The notes under the pieces: generated by a model
The model's input: the letters and a program-made list of their open reading frames with translations, nothing else
Told to the model about the DNA's origin: nothing
The model's database searches: none
DNA from: Candidatus Methylomirabilis sp.
GTDB taxonomy: Bacteria > Methylomirabilota > Methylomirabilia > Methylomirabilales > Methylomirabilaceae
Direction: 5' to 3'
Length of the DNA stretch: 20,321 bases
Assembly (NCBI GenBank): GCA_041498975.1
Contig: JBGQJI010000036.1
Span: forward strand, 1-20,321
In this document: piece after piece, positions 1 to 7,298 of the stretch
Layout of the letters: every line of letters begins with the position of its first letter
How positions within the stretch are numbered: the first letter of the stretch is position 1
Translations under genes and position numbers: made by a program

Positions 1-6
1 AAGGCT

Positions 7-72
7 TGGCGGATTTATATCGGAATGCGTGGCCGGTTTGCGATCGGAATCGGTGGCGGATTTGATCGAAAT
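7..72. repeat. Three imperfect direct repeats, 23-24 bp period
   Basis: TGGCGGATTT-AT-ATCGGAAT (7-26), TGGCCGGTTT-GCG-ATCGGAAT (30-50), TGGCGGATTT-G-ATCGAAAT (54-72). Confidence 0.65.
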
Positions 73-248
73 ACGCCCCCTCGAATTGCTTATGGCACAT
101 CTAACTCGCAGGTGTTGAAGCGGTGTATTTTGAGCGGACCGTCCATTCGGTTGATTCCACAGATCAATCCGGATAGCCAATTTTTCCGCGGTCCTTTCTG
201 GCATTCGCCGTCCGCACTTGGCCTCCTCTGTTACAGGGGGAAAGCTTC

Positions 249-1217
249 TCAAGAAGCGACTTCGGCCCCTCGATTGTTACCCTTGGCCAGAAAAATTGCG
301 GCTTCGATTTTTCCCGATGTGGCTTTTTGTAGCTGGCGCTCCAGGGCATGAGCCTGTTGTTGATCCGCAGTCATGCCGTAGATTGCCGGTCCCCAGGAAC
401 TTTGCCCGATCCCTAATGCCCCGGCGCGTGCCAGCACTCTGGCTACCGCTGCCCCCTGCGGCGTGGCGAAGGTGCCACCCTGCACGGGTCGAAACCAGTT
501 CCCCACAATGCGCTGGATACTTGTGAGGGATCGCCCGAAGAGCGCGGGATCCCGCTCAAGCAAAGCTGGCAACATCTGGATCAGGATAATTCGGCTGATC
601 CTAGCGGCGCCACCCGCCCGGCGGCCCGCGATCCGACGGAACGCACGGTCCTCAGCGCGACCAGCGAGTCCGCGACCCAAATGGGGGATGGCCACGACGA
701 ACGTCCATTCCTTTGGAAAGGGGTGACGAACGATCGTTGGGGGGAGGGAACCGGGGCTGGAGTTCGCGCCCTGGGAACCTATCTTTCGTCCGGCGTCCAC
801 GATGAAGCCGCCCCGCTCGAAGGCACTCACCCCGACCCCAGACCGAGCCCCTCGTCCCATGACCGACGCTAGCTCCCGGACGCCGGCGTCGATTGAGAAG
901 AGCCGGGCCAGGGCCGTAGCGACGCTGAGGGCGAGCTGCGTCCCGGAGCCCAACCCGACATGGGAAGGGATGGTCTCTTTGATGGTGAGATGAACCCCTT
1001 GGGGAAGCTTGTAATGGCGAAGGAAGCGCAGGGCCAACGCCAGGGCGCGGCCGGCCTCGTCACCCGAGACCGAGACTCGGTTCGCCGGCGCCGCCTCGAG
1101 GAGAATCCTGGGTTCGTCGATCGCCAGTCCGATACTGCCGAACATCCGCCCCATCGACCCATCCAGATCGATGAAGCCGAAGTGCAGCCTTGCAGGGGCC
1201 TTGACCGTTACCCTCAT
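249..1217 (-). CDS. mptG: Beta-ribofuranosylaminobenzene 5'-phosphate (RFA-P) synthase, GHMP-kinase fold
   Basis: 322 aa with family motifs ARLHFG, IPSHVGLGSGTQ, GRGARSGVG, GGFIVDAG and GQSSWGP. It starts 2 nt after the DUF447 stop and sits among pterin genes. Confidence 0.9.
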   Translation of the reverse strand: MRVTVKAPARLHFGFIDLDGSMGRMFGSIGLAIDEPRILLEAAPANRVSVSGDEAGRALALALRFLRHYKLPQGVHLTIKETIPSHVGLGSGTQLALSVATALARLFSIDAGVRELASVMGRGARSGVGVSAFERGGFIVDAGRKIGSQGANSSPGSLPPTIVRHPFPKEWTFVVAIPHLGRGLAGRAEDRAFRRIAGRRAGGAARISRIILIQMLPALLERDPALFGRSLTSIQRIVGNWFRPVQGGTFATPQGAAVARVLARAGALGIGQSSWGPAIYGMTADQQQAHALERQLQKATSGKIEAAIFLAKGNNRGAEVAS

Positions 1218-1219
1218 CG

Positions 1220-1765
1220 CTACTGCCGCTCGACGTAGTTCTGGAGATAATGCATTGCCTTGGCTTCTTCCTCCCCCCCTGTCTTCTTCACAATTTCAGA
1301 AAAGCGGAGATACTCCTGGAGGATCCGTTCCACCCCGAGGAACCGGACTCTGGTGGCCAGGATGGCGGCCTCGATGATGGCGTTCTTCGCCCGGTTAAAC
1401 CCGACGAATTCCCGTAGGAACCCCTTTTTGACCACCCGACAGCGGAAGTCGGCGCGTTCATCATCGGTGTTGGCCTGCACGACCGAACACTCGAAATATG
1501 AGCAGGCGTCCTTCAGCACGAGGCCGCGGACCATCTCTGCCGGGAAGGCTGGAAATTCCGGGCTGGAGAGCGCTCCCTCGGCGAACAGGCGGACATTGTC
1601 GGTCAGATTGACGACGGCTTGCCCGGTCGCCAGAAGATTCCGATAGGTGGCCGATTCTCTGTAGGGACGGATGAGTATCTCCCCATCCCCGATCGTGACC
1701 CCCATCGGGGCGAAGTTCGCCTGGCCTTGTTCGTTCAGCGTTGTGACGATGGTCTCGATGATCAT
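1220..1765 (-). CDS. DUF447 family protein (split-barrel, FMN-binding-like), commonly linked to H4MPT biosynthesis genes
   Basis: 181 aa. Recalled family pattern ETIVTT..NFAPMG..RPY..S.TY.NL..AVVN.TD, plus C-terminal GFNRAKNAIIEAAILATR. Adjacent to mptG. Confidence 0.85.
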   Translation of the reverse strand: MIIETIVTTLNEQGQANFAPMGVTIGDGEILIRPYRESATYRNLLATGQAVVNLTDNVRLFAEGALSSPEFPAFPAEMVRGLVLKDACSYFECSVVQANTDDERADFRCRVVKKGFLREFVGFNRAKNAIIEAAILATRVRFLGVERILQEYLRFSEIVKKTGGEEEAKAMHYLQNYVERQ

Positions 1766-1770
1766 GGCGC

Positions 1771-1877
1771 TGGCGCCGTTCCAACGTATCCCGGCTCATC
1801 TCCGACAGTTGTCTTCCTAAGAACGATCGCCTTCTCTGGCCTCACTATTTCTTGTCCTAATAGTTGGAACGGCACTA
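1771..1877. repeat. Inverted-repeat-bounded ~107 bp segment, possible MITE remnant
   Basis: Perfect 11-bp inverted repeat GCCGTTCCAAC (1775-1785) / GTTGGAACGGC (1863-1873), extendable to 15 bp with two transitions. The interior is more AT-rich than the flanking genes. Confidence 0.5.
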
Positions 1878-2077
1878 ATATAAACGACAATTTTAAAGTT
1901 ACGTCGGGCGGGTGGCCGAGGCGGGGCGCCCGATCCGCCCGCAGCGGAAGGGCCCCACTGGGGGATGGGTGGAGTGAGGACGGATGGGGCTGGGTTCCCG
2001 GAGCCCGAAGGGATCGGGAGGGGAGGACAGGACCCGACCCTTTCCAACAAGTTTAGAGACGTTTGCATTAGTCCGCT

Positions 2078-3100
2078 TCAACTCCTGGGCGGTTTCACGA
2101 ATCCTCCATCAGGGAGGCCGGCCGCCCCCACCACAAGGCGACAGGGACCATCATCGACCTGTTCGATGACGCCGGACGCCACGATGCGATCCCCCCGATC
2201 CGCTGCCTGGCAGTAGAGTCCCTCGTACGACACCAGCTCCGTGATCGGCCAGTGTCCTCCCTCTCGGATTCTGACGTCGGCCAGGGTGTAGCAGGCCGGA
2301 AGGAAGATGCTGTCGGCGCCATCCGCCACGGTGGCCTCGATCGTGGCAACCCCGACGGACCTGTAACGATGCTGGCCATAGGTCTCCTGGATCTCATCGT
2401 CCCGCCGTGTGGGGTGAATGGAGACATACCGGTCCCGAAACTGGAAGTAATTCCAACGTCTGGCCTCCAGGTGTGCGACATCCTCCGGGGCGAGACCGAA
2501 GCGCCCGGCCGTCTCGGCCCTCCACCGGGTCAAGCGATTAGAGGCGACCGACTGGATCGCCCTTCCTTTCAGCACGGAAAGGGCGACCCGCACCCTTGCT
2601 GTGGCGTCTCGGCCATAGACCACCAGATCGATGTCGGAGAACGATGGGTCGTGGATCTTCAAGAGGATCGATCCGGTGATCCCGAACGCTTCCGGGCCTG
2701 GCCCGCCGGCGCCCACGAGGAGCGAGACGAGAGCTTCGACGTCCTTTTCCAGCGGGTCGGCAGGTGCAGCCAGGATCGCCTGCAATCGCTCCTCCGGCCG
2801 GTAGTAGGTCGTGACGGTCTCTCGGGGAACGAAGGAAAAGCTCAGATTCCGGACCGGGTCGAAGCTGATGTAACGGGGGTGGTGAGTCCTGAGGAATTCG
2901 AGCGTCTTGGCGACGTTCCGGACGTGGTAGTACTCCAGTTCCCTGCGAAAGTGGACCGTTCCCCTGGCCCACCGCCCGGCCTCGGCGGGTGTGTACTTGA
3001 GATAGGCGGTGTAGCGGTCCGGTGGATGGAGGTATCCGGCCAGGCAGAACAAGAACCCCTCGTTGGTCTCGACGAAATCGCGATCCTTCGGCTGCCTCAT
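2078..3100 (-). CDS. Predicted nucleotidyltransferase (Pol-beta-like), resembling archaeal COG1665
   Basis: 340 aa. GITGS-x10-SDIDLVVYG (GS..DxD) motif and N-terminal DRDFVETxEGxxF..YxHP..AYLKY pattern. Likely C-terminal OB-like beta domain. ATGA overlap with the upstream gene at 3097-3100. Confidence 0.8.
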   Translation of the reverse strand: MRQPKDRDFVETNEGFLFCLAGYLHPPDRYTAYLKYTPAEAGRWARGTVHFRRELEYYHVRNVAKTLEFLRTHHPRYISFDPVRNLSFSFVPRETVTTYYRPEERLQAILAAPADPLEKDVEALVSLLVGAGGPGPEAFGITGSILLKIHDPSFSDIDLVVYGRDATARVRVALSVLKGRAIQSVASNRLTRWRAETAGRFGLAPEDVAHLEARRWNYFQFRDRYVSIHPTRRDDEIQETYGQHRYRSVGVATIEATVADGADSIFLPACYTLADVRIREGGHWPITELVSYEGLYCQAADRGDRIVASGVIEQVDDGPCRLVVGAAGLPDGGFVKPPRS

Positions 3101-4050
3101 CGGTAGATCCAGTCAAGGGCCCGCTCAGCCACGTCCCGTAGGCCGAGGTGAGTGACAAGCGGAGCACATCGCCCCCCGGCGATCCCATCGGCCAGGATGG
3201 CGGCGCCGATCGCCGCCTCATACCCTTCGTCTTCCCTGGCCGCGATCTCGATCTGAAAGCGATGCTTGAGTCGGTCCCTGACCTCCACCTTCCGTCGTCC
3301 GGCCACGTGAATTGGCTTGAGCTCGTGGAAGGAAAGGAACATCAAGAGATCCTTCTCCAGCCCCTCCCAGAATGCGGCGTGGCCGTAGCCGCCGTACCGC
3401 ACATCGATGTCCCGCGCCCCTCCATGGTAGATCAGCTCTTTGGCGTTCCAGTCATACAGATAGGCCAGCTCGCCGTCGATGCTTCCCCGGCACTGCGGGC
3501 CGATCCCGCCGGCAGTTCCACCCAGGCCATCGACGATCTTGCCGCCTCGCACGGCCAGGATGGCCCTGAAAGCTTCTCCAACCTCAAGCACGACGAAATG
3601 AAGGTCCTCGAAAGGCGCCCCTTGCGCGTGGAGCCGGCTGATGAAGAATACGGCGGCGCACAGCTTATCCGAGGTCCCCATATCGGCGCGGTTCACCTTT
3701 CGGTGGATCGGCACGCTGGGCAGGAGCTTGACCGCGGGAATGCAGTAGGCGTTGAGGTGAGAGGAACGAAGCGTCAGGAGGAAGCGAGAAAGGCCGCGTT
3801 CGCTGGGCGCCTCCCGTCGAAGCGCGATCTCGAAGAGGTCGCGCTCATCGAGTTCCTGGACCCGTTTGAGCGGGATGCCGAATCCGGACGGTAGGACGAT
3901 CGGCAGGCCGGGATAGCGGCCCTCGATCTCCGTGATGAATGCGCGCACGTCTTCTGACGAGGTGAAGCCCCGCAATCCCGGCGCGCATCCCTCCTGGAGC
4001 AGCGCGGCTTTCCAGGAGCCGGTGCCGTAATCAACTCCCAGGGAGGCCAT
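3097..4050 (-). CDS. DUF1464 family protein (ASKHA/butyrate-kinase-like fold)
   Basis: 317 aa with GVDYGTGS phosphate-1 motif, PSGFGIP, IPAVKLLPSVPxHRKVNRxDMGTSDK and GGKIVDGLGGT. Overlaps both neighbouring genes. Confidence 0.8.
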   Translation of the reverse strand: MASLGVDYGTGSWKAALLQEGCAPGLRGFTSSEDVRAFITEIEGRYPGLPIVLPSGFGIPLKRVQELDERDLFEIALRREAPSERGLSRFLLTLRSSHLNAYCIPAVKLLPSVPIHRKVNRADMGTSDKLCAAVFFISRLHAQGAPFEDLHFVVLEVGEAFRAILAVRGGKIVDGLGGTAGGIGPQCRGSIDGELAYLYDWNAKELIYHGGARDIDVRYGGYGHAAFWEGLEKDLLMFLSFHELKPIHVAGRRKVEVRDRLKHRFQIEIAAREDEGYEAAIGAAILADGIAGGRCAPLVTHLGLRDVAERALDWIYR

Positions 4051-5374
4051 GGTCGAGATACCCCCATCGGAGCTCCTCTTCCTGGATGTACTTCTTCCCG
4101 AGCAGCATCGCCAGCCTGGCCTTCATCAACTCACGGCCGAGGTAAAAGGCATGGCCGATCGGCTCCGGGCCGAGGTGGGCCTTGATCTGGTCGAAGATCC
4201 GATGGATGTCGGTCTCCTTGATGAAGAGATCGTTATTGAAGACGTAGATGGCGGTCTGGTCGGCGAAGATCCGGAAGTTGCGGTCCGGGACCATCCGTTG
4301 CATCTCTCGAAGCTCCGCTTCAGGTGGACAATCGACCTTCCGGTCTTTGATCGTGAGCAGGCCGTCATCGATATCTTTCGGCAGCACGCCTCTCTGCCTG
4401 GCGTAGTACATCAATCGGCGGGCCAGATCCAGCTCACGGACCGACCCTCTGGCCCACGATGCCACCTCGGTCGTGAGGACATACCGGATCCCCAGCTCCG
4501 ACATGACCCCTGCCAGGAGGGCATTGATCCCGGTGCTGTCGGCGTCGGTCAGCTCGGTCACATTCCCCACGCCCATGAGGATCTCGGTGTCTGGGTAACG
4601 GCGCCTGGCCTCAGCGTAGCGTGAGAGCGATTCGGCAAGGCCGAAGGTGATCGGCGACAGGATGGGATCGATCAGGTATCGCCGGACACCCAGCCGCTCC
4701 ACTGCCTCGATGTTGGCGGCAAGGGAGTCCAGCCCCTTCCCGAAATCGGGAATGATCACCGGGGTGCACGAGAGGTCCGGAGCCAGATGGAGGTTCTGAG
4801 AATTGAGGCTTAGCAGGAACTCGGCGCCCGCCTTGTCGCCGGCGACGATCTCCCGCGCATCGAACGTATCGAGGCTGACGCGGAAGCCTTCGGACCTGAG
4901 CGTCGAGACGATCTCGCCCACGTTCGGGGCCGGTCGCTCCGGGGTGCAGCCGACGTCGATCACATCCGCGCCGCAGGCAACGTAGTATCGGGCCTTCCTC
5001 AGGATCACATCGACCGGCATGCTGGGGGCGTCATTGATCTCGGCCAGGATGGTCAGGTCGTGCCCTCCATACCCCTCCCGTTTCTTCTCGACGCCGAAGT
5101 AGTACGGCAGGTCGCGCAGGTCCTTCGGGCCCTTCTCGACCTTGACCCCCAGAGACTGTTCCAGCGCATTTGGTTCGACACGACAGAGCCCCGGGATCAT
5201 GAGCAGATCACAATCGGGGGCGGGGAGAGAACGAAGGATGAAGGGAGTGGTCATCAGGGCGGCCACGGTGATCTTGAGGGCAGCCACCTCGTAGTCGAAC
5301 TCGGCCTCCATCGCTCCGAGGGTCTCTTTCAGGGCCCGTTCGGCCAACTTGCCGGTGATGAAGAGGATCTTCAT
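4031..5374 (-). CDS. Dihydropteroate synthase-like pterin-binding protein (Orf20-type; DUF6513 N-terminus, DUF4346-like C-terminus)
   Basis: 447 aa with ILFITGKLAE, KGPKDLRDLP, AEINDAP, GADVIDVG, DPILSPI, MGVGNVTELTDADS and HAFYLGRELxKA..LGKxYxQEExLxWG. GGGAGG Shine-Dalgarno upstream. Confidence 0.87.
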   Translation of the reverse strand: MKILFITGKLAERALKETLGAMEAEFDYEVAALKITVAALMTTPFILRSLPAPDCDLLMIPGLCRVEPNALEQSLGVKVEKGPKDLRDLPYYFGVEKKREGYGGHDLTILAEINDAPSMPVDVILRKARYYVACGADVIDVGCTPERPAPNVGEIVSTLRSEGFRVSLDTFDAREIVAGDKAGAEFLLSLNSQNLHLAPDLSCTPVIIPDFGKGLDSLAANIEAVERLGVRRYLIDPILSPITFGLAESLSRYAEARRRYPDTEILMGVGNVTELTDADSTGINALLAGVMSELGIRYVLTTEVASWARGSVRELDLARRLMYYARQRGVLPKDIDDGLLTIKDRKVDCPPEAELREMQRMVPDRNFRIFADQTAIYVFNNDLFIKETDIHRIFDQIKAHLGPEPIGHAFYLGRELMKARLAMLLGKKYIQEEELRWGYLDHGLPGS

Positions 5375-5394
5375 GCGCCTCCCGCATCAGATGC

Positions 5395-6144
5395 TCAGAC
5401 CCAGAGGCCGCCGTGGACGTGGAGGACCGCTCCAGTCACGTAGCGTGCACGGTCCGAACCCAGGAAGCCGACCGCTTCGGCGATATCGTCCGGACTGCCA
5501 AGGCGGCCGAGCGGGATCATCCTCCCCCAGGCCTCTTTGTGCTCGTCGCGATACTGGCGATATGTCTCGGTTTCGATGAACCCGGGGTTCACGGCGTTGA
5601 CCCTGATGTTGAATGGCGCCTCGGACCTTGCCAGCGACTTGGTGAGCATAATCACGCCGGCCTTGGCGATGTAATACGCGGGTGCATCAAAAACCCCGAT
5701 GGGCGAGTATTCGACATTGAGGGCGCCGATATTGATGATGGCTCCGGTCCGACGGTTTCGCATGACCCGCAGCGCTGCCCTGCTGCAGTAAAAGACGCTG
5801 CTCAGGTTGCTGTCAAGCATCCGACGCCAGTCGTCATCCGTGGTCTCGAGCAGCGGCCTCGCGAGGAAAGGCCCGGCGTTGTTGACCAGGATGTCAAGCC
5901 GGTTGAAACGATGGACCGTTTCCTCGATGAGATGGGACGCGTCATTTGACGCGGAGACATCGGCTTTGATGGCCACTGCCTTTCCGGGCAGGGCGTCGAA
6001 CTCCCGGAGGGCGGATCGCGCCGTATCCTCGTCAGACCGGTAGTTCAGGACGATGTCACACCCATCTTGTGCGAGACGCCGGGCGATCGCCTTGCCGATC
6101 CCCTTGGTGCTCCCGGTGATCACGGCCACTCTCTGCCCTTCCAC
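5395..6144 (-). CDS. SDR family NAD(P)-dependent oxidoreductase (FabG-like fold)
   Basis: TGSTKGIG, NNAG, YxxxK (YYIAK) and NAVNPG motifs. Start placed at GTG 6144 behind GGGAGGGAG (6154-6162). The ORF is open to 6195/6201. Confidence 0.88.
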   Translation of the reverse strand: MEGQRVAVITGSTKGIGKAIARRLAQDGCDIVLNYRSDEDTARSALREFDALPGKAVAIKADVSASNDASHLIEETVHRFNRLDILVNNAGPFLARPLLETTDDDWRRMLDSNLSSVFYCSRAALRVMRNRRTGAIINIGALNVEYSPIGVFDAPAYYIAKAGVIMLTKSLARSEAPFNIRVNAVNPGFIETETYRQYRDEHKEAWGRMIPLGRLGSPDDIAEAVGFLGSDRARYVTGAVLHVHGGLWV

Positions 6145-6210
6145 TTGGCGGATCTCCCTCCCGGCGCTCTCGCTGACTTGGGACTGTGCCGGCATCTCCA
6201 CACGTGCTTC

Positions 6211-6272
6211 TTCTCCCTTTTGCCCCTTCCCTTTTCCCCTCTCCCCGTTGGGGAGTGGGGCTGAGGGGAAAA
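6211..6272. repeat. Pyrimidine heptamer run merging into a CTCCCC-N3-GGGGAG palindrome
   Basis: Heptamers TTCTCCC/TTTTGCC/CCTTCCC/TTTTCCC/CTCTCCC (6211-6245). Inner stem CTCCCC-GTT-GGGGAG (6241-6255). Outer arms TTTTCCCCT / AGGGGAAAA. Confidence 0.6.
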
Positions 6273-6440
6273 GCGAGAGCCCCGCTGGGACTGGAGTGCC
6301 GACGGAATGTCAGGAAACTCGGGGTTTTGACAAAAGGACAAACACCAATCGCAGCCGTATCTTATGCGCTGACCACCAAAACTTCAAGGCGAATCCGCCG
6401 TCCTCCCTATCAGATATCGTCGCGGTGTTACAGCGTCAGC

Positions 6441-6495
6441 CGTAGGGGCGCCGCTTGCTGCGCCCCTGAAGAGCCGGGCAAGCCCTGCCCCTACG
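6441..6495. repeat. GTAG-type REP pair (REPIN-like)
   Basis: CGTAGGGGC (6441-6449) is the inverse of GCCCCTACG (6487-6495). The first unit has its own hairpin AGGGGCGC..GCGCCCCT. The second unit GGGCA-AGCCC-TGCCC-CTAC is degenerate. Confidence 0.75.
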
Positions 6496-6554
6496 CCACC
6501 CAGCCAATTAGAGATTGTTGGTGATGACAGTGGTGTTGTGGCGACGAGAATTGC

Positions 6555-6589
6555 TTGACTTCTTCCTGCCTGGATGTAGAATGAGCGCC
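6555..6589 (+). promoter_or_regulatory. Sigma70-type promoter of the tRNA gene
   Basis: TTGACT (6555-6560), 16-bp spacer, TAGAAT (6577-6582), then GC-rich discriminator GAGCGCC. This layout is typical of stable-RNA promoters. Confidence 0.75.
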
Positions 6590-6598
6590 ACAAAGGTT

Positions 6599-6674
6599 GG
6601 GCGGTTAGCTCAGTCGGTAGAGCGCCGTCTTCACACGGCGGAGGTCACTGGTTCGATCCCAGTACCGCCCACCA
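6599..6674 (+). tRNA. tRNA-Val, anticodon CAC
   Basis: 76-nt cloverleaf: acceptor GGGCGGT/ACCGCCC, D arm GCTC/GAGC, anticodon stem CCGTC/GGCGG with loop TTCACAC (CAC at 6632-6634), T arm ACTGG-TTCGATC-CCAGT, encoded CCA. Confidence 0.97.
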
Positions 6675-6816
6675 CGCATTATCTTAACCAGACCACTACA
6701 TCCAACCAGGCGTGCGGGCCGCGATCTGGTTACGGAGGACGAGCTCATACAGGGCGAGCGCCCGCAGAAATCTCGGCGATACGACGCACGACAGGGTAGA
6801 AACGAAGGAGATGCCG

Positions 6817-7215
6817 ATGAACATAGTAAAGACCTTATCCATTCTACTGCTGCTTGTTCTCGTAGGACCTTCTCTTGCTCTTTCCACAAGTCTTCCAGAC
6901 TACCAACAAGCACAAAAGAAAGAGTTCAAATGGGCATGTGACGCGAATGCAACGAGGATTGAAACTAATCTCTACCGCGCAAAGGATTATTATGTCTCGA
7001 TATCAGGTACAGAAGCGGGCGCTACCTTTCTGAGCGTGTACTATGTTGCCGAAGGCAGGGCGCAGTTTCTGGCGAAACTGATAGGCTCTCCTGACTTTGT
7101 GGAACTTCCAAGGGAAGCATGGCAAGAAAAGATAAAATCGGATATGAGCCCGAACTACTTCAAGCGGATCCGAAATCTGGAAAATGATTGCATATGTCTG
7201 ATCGGATGTGACTGA
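6817..7215 (+). CDS. Hypothetical secreted protein, 132 aa
   Basis: AAGGAG (6805-6810) lies 6 nt before ATG 6817. Sec-type signal peptide MNIVKTLSILLLLVLVGPSLA and C-terminal CxCxxxC. Hand count of 46% GC over 6841-7200. Confidence 0.7.
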   Translation: MNIVKTLSILLLLVLVGPSLALSTSLPDYQQAQKKEFKWACDANATRIETNLYRAKDYYVSISGTEAGATFLSVYYVAEGRAQFLAKLIGSPDFVELPREAWQEKIKSDMSPNYFKRIRNLENDCICLIGCD

Positions 7216-7259
7216 TGCCCTCCATGATGTGAACGGGGGCTGCAATGCGCAGAGAGCGT

Positions 7260-7265
7260 TATAAT
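7260..7265 (+). promoter_or_regulatory. Candidate -10 element for the bio operon
   Basis: Perfect TATAAT 33 nt upstream of the bioB start. No convincing -35 element. Confidence 0.4.
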
Positions 7266-7298
7266 CTGAGCTGAGGTCAGTCGCGGTAAGGGGGATTC

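Noticed and set aside
93..110. Sigma54 promoter at TGGCAC (also TGGCAT near 15555)
   Set aside because: No TTGC -12 element at the required spacing in either case.
1817..2068. 83-aa minus-strand ORF in the pterin cluster gap
   Set aside because: Pro/Gly/Ser-rich translation of hairpin DNA with no convincing ribosome-binding site or motif.
6712..6816. Longer N-terminus for the orphan ORF
   Set aside because: The Shine-Dalgarno and signal peptide both point to ATG 6817.
7228..7264. BirA operator upstream of bioB
   Set aside because: TGTGAAC and GTTATAA are poor half-sites and 23 nt apart, longer than the usual spacing of about 15 nt.
6675..7298. Prophage or integrative element at tRNA-Val
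   Set aside because: No integrase and no visible duplicate of the tRNA 3' end. Only one low-GC gene is present.
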